Of a stretch of DNA of 64,000 nt, positions 48,456 to 60,030 are shown in pieces. The position numbers and the translations under genes were made by a program. A model generated the notes under the pieces. The model was not told the origin of the DNA, searched no databases, and saw only the letters and a program-made list of their open reading frames with translations. Origin of the DNA: Podarcis filfolensis (Eukaryota); NCBI GenBank assembly GCA_964270895.1, contig OZ185436.1; one strand, given 5' to 3'. Each line of letters begins with the position of its first letter. Position 1 is the first letter of the stretch.

Positions 48456-49099
48456 TTATGTACTGCAAGTTATCTATAACATGTGCTGTAATTGTGTGTT
48501 CCCTTCTCCCTGCCAGGAGAAATGCAGATTCCCATTATGTCAGAACGTGGGTAAGTTGTACTAAGAATGTTCTAGCCAATTAATACGTTTATGGTGATTA
48601 CAGCTTGCTACTCAAAGCAGGAAAAGTAAAAAAGAAAATCCTGTGTGCTAGGAATGTTATCTTCCTGAGGTCCACATCTGTCCTGCAGTACCTTCACATT
48701 TGGTGAGCAAGTGTGCAGGGATTGGCAAGTGAAATGGCCTCCAGGAAATGGAAAAAGAAGATAAAGCAGCATACCTTTTGTTTATAAAAGGGCACAAGAT
48801 TATCATTCGATCAGAAGGAGTCTAGAACTTCCTGGCCTGCATGCACTTTGCTCTGCTTATTGTTAGCATTATTTTTATGCTAAGAAAGAGATAAATTGTC
48901 ATAAGTGTTCCTAATTATGTAATGCACAGCCCTATTCTATCCCAGAAAGTAAATCCCATTCTGCTCAGTAGAGCTTCCTCCTAGATAAGTGTGGATTGCA
49001 GCGTAAGGATATATAATTGTTACTCTGACTCCTCATCCCCCCTGTCACACACCTTGCCCCAAATTGGAGCAAGTAATTCATGCTCTGCCTCCATTGTCA

Positions 49100-49268
49100 G
49101 AGACTGTGTCAGCATGCCTCTGAAGGTCAGCTGGGAAGGTCAAATGGGAAGAATGTTCCTTTTACTCAGATCCTAGTTTCCATAGGTATCTGGTTGGCCA
49201 CTGTGAGAACTGGATGCTGGACTAGATGGGCCATTGGCCTCATCCAGCAGGACTCACCTTATGTTCTT
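49100..49268 (+). mobile_element. Old CR1 3' UTR fragment
   Basis: GGTATCTGGTTGGCCACTGTGAGAACTGGATGCTGGACTAGATGGGCCATTGGCCT.ATCCAGCAGG..CTTATGTTCT. Confidence 0.6.
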
Positions 49269-50244
49269 CTGCTAAAGAGGACCACATAAACAGAGTGACG
49301 AATCCAATCTCTATCACTATGTTATAATACTATCTAAACAATTCCTTATCTAGGAATTCCTTGACTATCAATGTCTAGTCAAGATTGGTTATATACTACT
49401 TGTGTATCAGAGGCAATATGCCTATGAGTACCAGCTGTTGGCCATCATAAGTAGAAAGGGTGTCATTATGTTCATGTCCTGCTTGTGGGCTTAAAAAACC
49501 GAGAAGGAGGGGGTCCCCAATTAAAGGTAACAAAGAGACCAAGTCACAGGAACCCAGTTAAAAGTGATATTGATATAAACACATACAAAAATGATACAAG
49601 CTGAGACCGCAGAGTAATTACAAGCAAAGGATGTATACAACCATCGAATTCACCAGAAAATTTAACTTAGGTATACAAGAAAACAGTTATCTAGATCTCC
49701 AGTACTATACCTCCTTTTCTACTTCTTCAGACACCAATTTGAGAATATGTGTGGATGGCAGCAATAAACCTCTTGTTGCCCCAATTTTCCTTTCTAGATT
49801 TTTCTTCCTTGCAGGGAAATATCATTGCCATATATCCTAAAAATCACCCATAGAATAATATTAGAGCATACAACATGAGGCCACAGCCAAAAGTAGGATT
49901 AAAATAACTGCTGAAATTCTGTCCCCATGCTCCTGTGCATCCAAGTACAACCAAAAAGGGTTGTTAACTCCAAACATATCAGATAAGCAATATGAACAAT
50001 TTAATTTTCTAAAATGGGATAGCTATATACAATTTTTCTAAATTCAAAACCAAACCTGTAGCTCCAAAATGAGAAGTTTTCCATTTGCAGAAGAAGGGTG
50101 GATATATAAAAGCTGCTAACTAATAAAAGTTAGGTTGAGGAGCAAAGTTGTCAATCCACGTGATTCTAACAAGTGGCTCCTCCGCTCAAATGAACTGCTT
50201 GCTCCAAGATGCAAAGCACTTTTAAAGGAAACACGTCTAACAGA

Positions 50245-50815
50245 TCAGTGGTTTAACAAGCAATCCCTTTTCCCAGAGAACTCTGGGAATTGTAGCTCTC
50301 TGAGGGAAATAGCGGTCTTCTGTAAAGGTAAAGGTAAAGGTAAAGGACCCCTGGATGGTTAAGTCCAGTCAAAGGCGACTATGGGGTTGCGGCGCTCATC
50401 TCGCTTTCAGGCCGAGGGAGCTGGCGTTTGTCCACAGACAGTTTTCCAGGTCATGTGGCCAGCATGACTTAACTGCTACTGGTACACGGAGGACTGTGAC
50501 GAGTGCCAGAGTGCACAGAAATGCCGTTTACCTTCTCGCCACAGCAGTACCTATTCATCTACTTGCACTGGTGTGCTTTCAAACTGCTAGGTTGGCAGGA
50601 GCTGGGACAGAGCAACAGGAGCTCACCCCATCATGGGGATTTGAACCGCTGACCTTCTGATCGGCAAGCCCAAGAGGCTCAGTGGTTTAGACCACAGTGC
50701 CACCCGTGTCCTGGTTTCCTGTCCACCCTAAACACTCTTAACAAGCTACAGTTCCCATGATTCTTTGGGAGACGCTAACCTTGTTTGAATCCATATGACA
50801 CTGCTTTAAATGCAT
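50245..50815. mobile_element. Palindromic MITE of the 14.1-kb family, interrupted by a Sauria SINE
   Basis: GAACTCTGGGAATTGTAGCTCTCTGAGG left of the SINE; CTCTTAACAAGCTACAGTTCCCATGATTCTTTGGG..CTGCTTTAAA right of it. Confidence 0.6.
50324..50712 (-). mobile_element. Sauria SINE
   Basis: (AAAGGT)n tail on the plus strand, body CTCATCTCGCTTTCAGGCCGAGGGAG..GGATTTGAACCGCTGACC..CCACAGTGCCACCCG; imperfect TSD GGTCTTCTGT / GGTTTCCTGT. Confidence 0.93.
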
Positions 50816-52544
50816 AGACTTGGAAGTGAGACAAACCACACAAATGTGAGAAACTTCCACCTTCACTCATTTTAGCAGTCTTCAGAATGGGGTGGGAAGG
50901 ATTGGCAGGTAGGATCAACAGCTGATGCCACAGTTAGAAAAGTGGAGGAGGGGCTCTGATAGGTGCCATGGGTCTCTTTGTTTTGCAACAAATGGGTACC
51001 AAACAGATTTATCACAGGCCACCATCTGTAAACCACTTCTTCCACAGGTTTGTAAATCTATGGGATTATTTCAAAGTTAACTGGTTTGTGGATTGCAGCC
51101 ATCTATAAAAGCAAAACAAGCCTCGGTGTGTTTTATACCCACCATTTATTTTATAATGCCATTTGATTATATGATGTGCTATCATTTCAAAGTTGCTAAT
51201 TGTGACCCCTCAGCATGCATTAAGCCCCCACATGAATGTGTGTCTCTGGCCACGGGCGGAAGCCACAGCCACACAGCTCATCCATTCATTTTCATATTAT
51301 AGCTCTTTGCTAGCTATCAAAGCTGCAAATGCTGATAGACTTAAATAGAAGGAGAGGGAGAGCCTGGAAAAGAAAGAACAAGAACCCAAGAGATCTTCTC
51401 TGAATGGGAGGAGAGATCCCCCTACCACCATGACCCAATGTTATGAATATTGTCAATGAAATTAGCGAACGCTGTTTGGGAAAGAGAGCGTGGGGAGGGT
51501 GAAATGTAAGGCAGGCTCAAAGGAAAGCTGGCAGAAAGAGAGCAGGAGTGAATGAGCTCTTTGTTTAGCCTGCTGGTGCAGTGAATAAGCAGCCTGCAGC
51601 CCTGTGGTTCCTTGCAGGCTGCCTGCTGAATGAGGGATGGGCCTCCATTAATAGGAGCAAAGGAAAGAATGTGATTCACACTCATTCTGAGAGCTAACCA
51701 GCAGAGGAGTAAAGTTAATTTACTATTGGAGTTAATTCCCTGGTTAAGAGAAAGGAAGAAGGAACAGGTTATAATGTAATGAACGTGCAGGCGCAGGAAC
51801 GAAAGAGGTGCCAGGCCGCCTTCCATTTCCTGATAGGAAATTCTGCACAGCAGATATCGGCGTATTATTTCTGGGCTGACTTAAAAGGACCTATTCAATG
51901 TTTCAGAGAGACATCGGCATGGCTGGCAACACGGAGAGCAGGATGGGGGTAACTGACAGGAAGGAGGGGGGGGGTCAAATTTCAACATACGGACAGAATG
52001 AATGCTGCATCGTTTCATTTCATCTCATCCCTTTTTTTTTTTTAATCTACATGTGCCCCAGCACTTCTAGAAAGGAAGAAGAAAAAATTGCAACACGGGG
52101 GGGAAATTAACTGTATCATATTTTATAATTATTTGCCCAAGCCAGTGATTTTTAAAAGGCTGATCAAGTGCCCTGCCCAGCGCTCATATGCAGGGGAAGG
52201 AGAATTCTGTATTAACCTTCTCCTCCCACGCGCTCTGGTTTCTGGACTTTGGGGACAAAAGGCCGAGTAAAATGAGAAGAAACCAAAGTAGGGGGAAGGA
52301 CCAATGGGGTGGCGGCAGCAGGGCTCCATTTGGTATAAGTGTAATAAAGGCAGAGACTTACTGGCCCAGACCCAAAGATCCATGTAGTCCAATATCCTGC
52401 TCCTCACAGGGGCCAAGCAAATGCTCCAGGAAACTCTCTGAGATTGCAGCAACCCTCTCTTGTTGATCCCAGCAACTGTACATTCCATATTCCCATCCTG
52501 ACTAATACTGCCTTATAAATTTCTCCTCCATGAACTGTCTAAGC

Positions 52545-53118
52545 CAGGAGTCACCTCAGAGGGCTTCCTTGGCACCCACCTGCTAAAATGAGGCTTCAGA
52601 GCAGCATCCTATTGTAACAAATAGAATCGGTTGCAATGTGTTCTTGGTTGCTGGGGGAGCATGTGTGTTAAAGGTAAAGGTAAAGGTACCCCTGCCCGTA
52701 CGGGCCAGTCTTGACAGACTCTAGGGTTGTGCGCTCATCTCACTCTAGAGGCCGGGAGCCAGCGCTGTCCACAGACACTTCCGGGTCACGTGGCCAGCGT
52801 GACGAAGCTGCTCCGGCGAACCGGCACCAGAGCAGCACACGGAATGCCATTTACCTTCCCGCTAGAAAGCGGTACCTATTTATCTACTTGCACTTAATTG
52901 TGCTTTCGAACTGCTAGGTGGGCAGGAGCTGGGACCGAATGATGGGAGCTCACCCCGCCGCGGGGATTCGAACCGCCGACCATGCGATCGGCAAGTCCTA
53001 GGCGCTGAGGTTTAACCCACAGCGCCACCCTCGTCCCTGTAGCATGTGTGTTACCCACAATCATTTCTCTGGCTTGCCAATGCTCCCACAGGCCTCCAAG
53101 GGTTGTTGGGAGCCCTTG
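52545..53118. mobile_element. hAT-like MITE inserted in the CR1 and itself split by a Sauria SINE
   Basis: 8-bp TSD GTCTAAGC (52537-52544) / GTCTAAAC (53119-53126); degenerate CAGG../..CTTG termini. Confidence 0.6.
52671..53040 (-). mobile_element. Sauria SINE (second subfamily, CpG-rich, young)
   Basis: Exact 13-bp TSD AGCATGTGTGTTA (52658-52670 and 53041-53053); B-box GGATTCGAACC; (AAAGGT)n tail. Confidence 0.95.
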
Positions 53119-53225
53119 GTCTAAACCCTTTTTAAAGCCATCCAAGCCAACGGCCACTACCACATCTTGTGATAGTGAACTCCCATGTGTAGTGGGAAGA
53201 AGCACTTCCTTTTGTCCTGAAACTG

Positions 53226-53457
53226 CAGTGGTATCTCGGGTTACAGGCGCTTCAGGTTACGGACTCTTCAGGTTACAGACTCCACTAACCCAGAAATAGT
53301 ACCTCGGGTTAAGAACTTTTGCTTCAGGATGAGAACAGAAATCGCGCAGTGGCGGTGGGAGGCCCCATTAGCTAAAGTGGTACCTCAGGTTAAGAACAGT
53401 TTCAGGTTAAGAATGGACCTCCGGAACGAATTAAGTTCTTAACCTGAGGTAGCACTG
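53226..53457 (+). mobile_element. Tigger-like MITE
   Basis: TG|CAGTGGTATCTCGGGTT..ACCTGAGGTAGCACTG|TA; the left TA appears mutated to TG. Confidence 0.88.
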
Positions 53458-56069
53458 TACTGCTGGTGCATGACCCCTAGTTCTAATATTTTGAGAGGTG
53501 TAGGGTAACAATCCAAACCCACTGGTCATTGATGCTGCAGTGGATTAGGATAAGGCAGACGCTCTGCTTTGGGAGTGGGGGAAGGATTCCATTGCTCCAG
53601 AGGTCCCAGCTGCACCTGCCCAAACTCAGGATGAAGTAGAAGCCATGTTCCTGCTCGCACTAGCCAACGTAGGGCCCCCAAATGGGGCTTTGTGGAGCAG
53701 AGCTAGCTAAGAATCTGCTGATCCACATCCCTGTGAGGAGCTTGAGTTGGGTCTCTCTGCAGCTGGCACAGCATAAAAGACACCCACCACCATCACTTTC
53801 CACTCTGGCCAGGAGGAGCTGGTAGCTAATCTGTCTCTCCATACCTCCCAGCCTCTCATTAAGATCGCTCTGTTAAATAATTACCTGCCTCCCTTATTGT
53901 GTTAAAAACCTAATTCTGTGCAAATTAATTTATAGATTAGCTTGTAATATTTAATTCAGCAAAATTTATATGCCACTTGCTTGACAGAATACCTCTATGC
54001 AGTTTCCATAAAACCATCTAAAATATTCGTATTTTAAAATGCTTCTAAAAGCGAATGTTGGTGTAACATTTTTTAAAATCAAAATAGAAATACAACCAGC
54101 AATGCTAAAACAACTATGCATTAACAAAATTGCACGCTAAAAAATCACATGTCTGGGTAGGCTTGCCAAAACAAAGAGAAAGTTATATAGCAGAGGTTGC
54201 CTGCACTTGGATAATCAAGGGGTGAGGAAGTAAATAGGACAACTGCTTGCTGGATTTGCACTGAAACGGAGCAGGGAAGGTGAATAAGGAGGAGACTGGC
54301 TGATTGAATGTTATACTGTGCACATGCCTTGTGCACCCATTCACTTTGGGATGGATTTTCATCAGCTTCTGTTATCACTGCAATATCAGGGGCCGACCCA
54401 GAAACAGGGAGGTGAAGGCAGAACTTGTAAGAGGACTCCCAGCTCCTTCCTGGCTTGGCACTCCATGTGGCAGCCCAAGAAATGCGCTTTTCTAATCACT
54501 TCACCTTTCTGGATTTATCGCTTTAATGTTCTCTGGGCCACTGAGCCCTACAGCTGTAAATTAATTTTTTTGAAGTAATACCGGTTTTAAAACTTCCATC
54601 TGTTTTAATGAGCTTGGGGGACTCTCCTTGCTTGCATTAGGAACAGGAAAAAGAAAACCCTGTATGCAATTATTTTTACCTTCTTGGATTCCATCAGTCT
54701 CAGGGACGAAACCTGCGGGACACCCTTCTTGCCCTGTAAGAAAGCCTGGCACCTTTGCACCTGTGCAGCAGGGCACCTTCAGGGCTCCTTCTATGGGGAG
54801 CGTAGCCAGAGAGAGAGGACCCTTCTAAGGGTTTAGAACAAACATTAGCTAGTCCCTCGGCAGCCTCCTCAGTCACCTTCCCATTAAGCCAGATCTGCAA
54901 GGTAGAATTATGAGGCCGCTAATGAACAGCATCAGTTCAGGCTGCCTAAAGAACTGGATTAGCTGGACGTCTCTTTGAACTGCCTGATTACTGGTGGGAA
55001 AACTTCACAGGGGGAGAACTGAGATCTGTATTTGTTGTCCCCCGCCCCAGCCTTCTGCGTCTGCATTGCAATATTTGCTCATGGTATTTTTTCTTTTTAA
55101 TCAGCAATTAGCCTAATAAGCCACCTTTTCATTGCACGTTCGTAGATTAGCCACTTCAGAGAATACAAAACAAACATTATCCACACACACACACACAATA
55201 TCTGGGGGGTGGGGGTAAACAAATGAGTAAAGTGAGTCCTCCAACCTCTGGGTTTTTGCCTTTACTTATCACTGCTTGACATTTTTTGGCTTTTGCTCAG
55301 ATCTCGTCTTTAGCATTTCAAGACATCAGTTTTAACACAGCTCATTCTTTCTTTAGAAGTGAAATATTCTGAAGGATGAATGGGAAACATGAATAGGAAA
55401 CTCTTGGGTCACTCAGATCACACAGGGAGGTGATGATGTAGTGGGACCATTTCATACACGGCACATAAGCAAGCCAGAAGTGGCCACCAGGAGTGGCAGG
55501 CATTGCATTTTGGATGTATACTTAAAGTACCGATACTTTGGATGCATGCAACCCCTCCCCCTCCAAACTGTAACCTGTGATGTGACTCTCTAATCATGTT
55601 TAACATGCTTTGGGAGCCAGCATTAGTTTTTGCACTGCCACCAAGCTGCTGTGTCCTGCATGTGTGTTGTGCTCTGCTCCCAAGCCTTCTAGCTTTGCAA
55701 TCAGAAAACCCATTGGGTTTTCAATGGGTTGAAATCAAGTTAACGCATTAACTTGATTTCAGTACTAACCTCTCTTTGTGTAGCTTTGTGGTTGGTGTGT
55801 GTGTGTGGAATATGGCTTTTTGTCAAATTTGCTCACTGTTCCTTCTGGTTGTATATTTGCCAGGCTGGGGGAGGGGAAGATAGTGCAGATGTTCTGTGGT
55901 AGAAGGAAAAGGAACATTGTATTGGAGTGTGTCAGCTATTTTGAGGCAATGAGGGAAGAAGTAGAAATGGTCTGGGGATCCTGGGAGCTAGGCAGAATGG
56001 GAAAGTCCCATCACTTACTGTTGGAAAAAACTGCATAGAACTGTCCACTGTCCTTAGCACATACTGGTA

Positions 56070-56300
56070 CAGTGGCACCTCGGGTTAAGAACTTAATTCG
56101 TTCTGGAGGTCCATTCTTAACCAGAAACTGTTTTTAACCTGAGATACCACTTTAGCCAATTGGGCCTCCCACTGCCACCACACAATTTCTGTACTCATCC
56201 TGAAGCACAGTTCTTAACCTGAGATACTATTTCTGGGTTAGTGGAGTGTGTAATCTGAAGCATCTGTAACCTGAAGCATCTGTAACCTGAGGTACCACTG
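56070..56300 (-). mobile_element. Tigger-like MITE (more diverged)
   Basis: TA|CAGTGGCACCTCGGGTT..ACCTGAGGTACCACTG|TA. Confidence 0.88.
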
Positions 56301-56354
56301 TACTGTCCAAACCTCCGTAGGGATAGAAAAGAGTTTGTTTTCATAAGGTCCAGA

Positions 56355-56380
56355 GTGTGTGTGTGTGTGTGTGTGTGTGT
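56355..56380. repeat. (GT)n microsatellite
   Basis: 13 GT units. Confidence 0.95.
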
Positions 56381-57994
56381 ATCTAATGATAACAAATTGT
56401 GCACTCAGTAACTGCATCCAGTAATTAATAGATGTAATCTCAGACACGTAAATATTTGAACTTTCTACTCACAATGTAAGCTTTGGGTAGTGAAGACAAA
56501 AGCTTGGGCCAATGCAACTGTATGAATGCAGCCAATGGACAACAAATCTGTGTATTTATGGCTGCTACCTATGGCAATGACCACTGGCTTCCATGGCTTT
56601 ACAAGGGAATTAGATAAATTCATGGATGAAAAGTTAATCATGGGCAGGGCCAGTCCTATCATTAGGCAAAGTGGGGGAACCACCTCAGGTAACAGATGAT
56701 AGAAGCCCCCTGGCTGTTTCTTTCCTAGGGTCTGGGGCCATTCACCTCTGTTGGAGGACAGAACGCACATTATTATTATTTCTTAGGGGCCAGATTCAAC
56801 TAACCTGGTGCACTAGCAAAATGATTTGCAATGACTCCCTTACAGAGCTACAATTCCCAGCACCCTTAACACACTACTGTTCCCAAGATTCTTTATTTGG
56901 GGGGAGGGGAGTGCTTCAAATGTATGGTTGTATGCAGCCCTACTTACCATTATATAACCTGGCTGCTTGCCATACAATTTTCAAAGCAATGCTATTTTCA
57001 AATACTATTATTTGCTTATTTGCAGGTGGTGGTATACTTACTACCTGTCTTAAAAAAATATAGCTCTGTATTTTTAAAAAACCCAAACAAACCATGAACC
57101 CATATTTTTTCCCCTTTGATATGAGGACATGTTGCAACACCATGCTAGAAATGGTAAGGGTGTGGGGGAAATCAAACCTTGATCCAATAAGAAATATTTG
57201 CTTCAGAATGAAATTACAGCGATAAAGCCTATTAAAAACATTCCTGGATAATTAATTGGACAAATTTAAATGTATAAAACTCCTGTAGTTCTCATTACGA
57301 GAGATGCATTATTATGCACAGCAAAATCCCTAAAGCAGAAACAAATATGTTCATTTGCAACATCCGTACCCCAGGAGATATCAGCCGTCAGGCATTTTAC
57401 AGCTAGGCTGGATCATGTAACCTGTCTGAGCTCACACCTGTCTGAGGGATTTGGTCAGTCGACAAGCAACTCAGGACACCCAATACACACCCTGGTTTAC
57501 TTTTGTCTCTCTCACAGCCACCACCCGCCTGTATCCTGCTTCCTGGTCTAGGGGATGTACTTACTCTATTGAAATGATTGCAACCTGGTACATGTAATGA
57601 AGATCCACGTGTCGTAGTCTCAAAGCATCACTGCAGGGCACAGTCAGAAACCATCATTACTAGGCATATTTTAACAAGGCAGCACACGATAAGAGAGTGG
57701 CACAAAGTCAACCTTTCCTCAAACATTACAATCTAGCAAATGTTACTAAGCATTTTACCAGCACCATTATATTTTATGGCATGTTCCTTTAGAGAGTTGC
57801 CCCTTGTAGTCCCACAACATAATGGGCATCCCTTAAATTATTATTCTTTCGCATTAATTTATAGACCGCTTAATGCTGAAATGGGCTTCCAAGTGGTTTA
57901 CAAGTATAAAAACCAATGACTTGAGCATTAAAATATAAACATCCATAATCAAAAGACATAATAAAACAACCCAAATACAATGCTAAGATATAGA

Positions 57995-58238
57995 AGGGAA
58001 ATTCAACAAAGCACTAAGGCAACTGCTCTGTTAGTGCAAGGTTTTTCTCTTGCCAAACAAAATGTTCCCCCTCTCCGCCTCTCACACACAGTTCCGAGGG
58101 TTCTCCTCTCCCCATGAGCCTGGTTTTTTTGGGGGGGGAATCATGGGGGCATGTGAAGGGAAGAGAAGGGAAAGCCCTGTTGCACCAGCAAGGACCCTTG
58201 TGCTGACTTTATCAGAACTTGCTAGTTGAATCCCACCC
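57995..58238. mobile_element. Old Harbinger-like MITE
   Basis: Termini GGGAAATTCAAC..GTTGAATCCCACCC; related fragments near 745-915 and 19978-20110. Confidence 0.4.
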
Positions 58239-58251
58239 TAAATGTGATTTA

Positions 58252-58599
58252 GGGAAAGGTAAAGGGACCCCTGACCATTAGGTCCAGTCGCGGATGATTC
58301 GGGTTGCGGCGCTCATCTCGCTTTATTGGCCGAGGGAGCCTGCGTACAGCTTCCGGGTCATGCAGCCAGCATGACTAAGCCGCTTCTGGCAAACCAGAGC
58401 AGCGCACAGAAACGCCGTTTACCTTCCCGCCGGAGCGGTACCTATTTATCTACTTGTACTTTGTGCTTTCGAACTGCTAGGTTGGCAGGAGCAGGGACTG
58501 AGCAACAGGAACTCACCCCGTTGCGGGGATTCGAATCGCCGACCTTCTGATCGGCAAGCCCTAGGCTCTGTGGTTTAACCCACAGCGCCACCCGCTTAT
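58252..58599 (-). mobile_element. Sauria SINE (third subfamily)
   Basis: AAAGGTAAAGGGACCCCTGACCATTAGGTCCAG..CCCACAGCGCCACCCGC; 9-bp TSD TGTGATTTA (58243-58251 and 58600-58608). Confidence 0.95.
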
Positions 58600-59509
58600 T
58601 GTGATTTAAAAACACAATAAAAACAATTCCATCAAAACAACACAGCAATTAAAACAGGAGACTCTGGTAGATAGGTCAAGGGAATGCCTATGTAAACAGG
58701 TGGGTCCGCAACCAATATAAGCAGGGCCTCTTTTTTTTCCTTTTTCCAGCAAAGGAGTGCAGTCCATAACACCAGTGCTATTGGTGAAAAGGCCTGGCCT
58801 TAAAGCAGGACTTGGCAGCATGTGGACTGAGGGTGACATTCAGCCCTCAGGCCTAATCACTTCCCCACAGGAAGGACTGGTAACCGTATTGACATGTTGC
58901 TTGTAAGGATCTAGCGGTGCTTGGCATATTACAAACAAAGGCGGGTCCTTGCCCATAAAAGGTATGCATGAGGATGACAAGCCAAGTATATTTGGTAGGG
59001 CACAGGCATCTTTGTAGACACATATGGGATTGCCCTGTAATTCAGTGTGTCAGCCTGTTAAAGGAGCAGAGCAATTTTAATTTTTTTAAGTGGCAGCTCT
59101 GTTAACTGGTGCTGCACACGGTGCCCCTGTACTCCCACATTCAGCCCACAGGGTGCTCACTCCCTCGGTGCTGTCTGGGGATTCCCCAGACTCCACTCAG
59201 AGGTGTGCTGAGAGGCGTTGCGAATTATGAGAGTAATTAGGTACAAGGGAACATAAGAGAAAAAGAGAAGCCAAGATTCAACAGGCAACAATGATGTAGC
59301 ATTAATTATCCACAGCGATTTGTTGTTTAAAAGTTGAACGTGTATTTCCAAATCATAACCAATGGGTCCAGATTTTCATAACCCCAAAGCTCATGCTCTC
59401 TCTGCTGTGATGAGAATGAATCAGCTTAGTGGAGAAGAGCCTTTGCATACCTAAGACCTGCACAACCGATGACCCACCAGCAGCCATGGAGTATGGCCTG
59501 GTAGTTTAT

Positions 59510-59780
59510 TTATGTGTTTAAGACATTTATATACTGTTTAATCACTAGCATTCCTAAGTGGTGCACATAAATAAACCATACAGATAGTAAAACAGTAGAA
59601 ATACATCATAAAACCAAACATAAACTCATACACTTCCCTAAAATGCCTGCTGGAATAAATAAAAAAAATCTTTGTCATGTACCTGATGTTTGGCAAGGAG
59701 GATGCCTATCTAATCACAATTGGGGGGCAGTTCCACAGGCTTGGAGCCATAACACTGAATGCAGTGTTTTACAATAATTC
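59510..59780 (-). mobile_element. L2-like LINE 3' end
   Basis: (TTTA)-like tail, then CCCTAAATGCCTGCTGGAATA..GCAGTTCCACAGGCTTGGAGCCATAACACTGAATGC. Confidence 0.55.
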
Positions 59781-59879
59781 TACAATATCACTAAAAATGA
59801 TATGTTTGAATATATTACAATTCACCCACCCATACACCTGTTTTTATTATATGAAAAATATGTGTCCAAATCATACTTA

Positions 59880-60030
59880 CTGGATGTCCACAAACTGGGA
59901 CTGGATTTCCATTGGATGCAAAACTATTACTTTAAAAATGGCCAGACTACAATTTCTATCATGCTGGCTGGGGCTGATGAGAGTTATAGTCCAGAACATC
60001 TGGAGGGCAACAGGTTGAGGATGGCTGGTG
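59880..60030. mobile_element. Hairpin MITE (CATCTGGAGGGC family)
   Basis: GACTACAATTTCTATCATGCTGGCTGGGGCTGATGAGAGTTATAGTCCAGAACATCTGGAGGGC. Confidence 0.5.

Larger units (their letters stand above)
52345..53500 (-). mobile_element. Old CR1 3' end split by three later insertions
   Basis: Pieces at 52345-52544, 53119-53225 and 53458-53500; the middle piece encodes SLSQDVVVAVGLDGFKKGLD (CR1 ORF2 C-terminus). Confidence 0.7.

Noticed and set aside
49500-50130. Possible ancient L1 3' relic
   Set aside because: AT-rich with only vague similarity; no diagnostic motif could be read in any frame.
52920-53040. tRNA gene
   Set aside because: The A/B-box-like sequence is the head of a Sauria SINE with no complete cloverleaf; the same holds for the other SINE heads.
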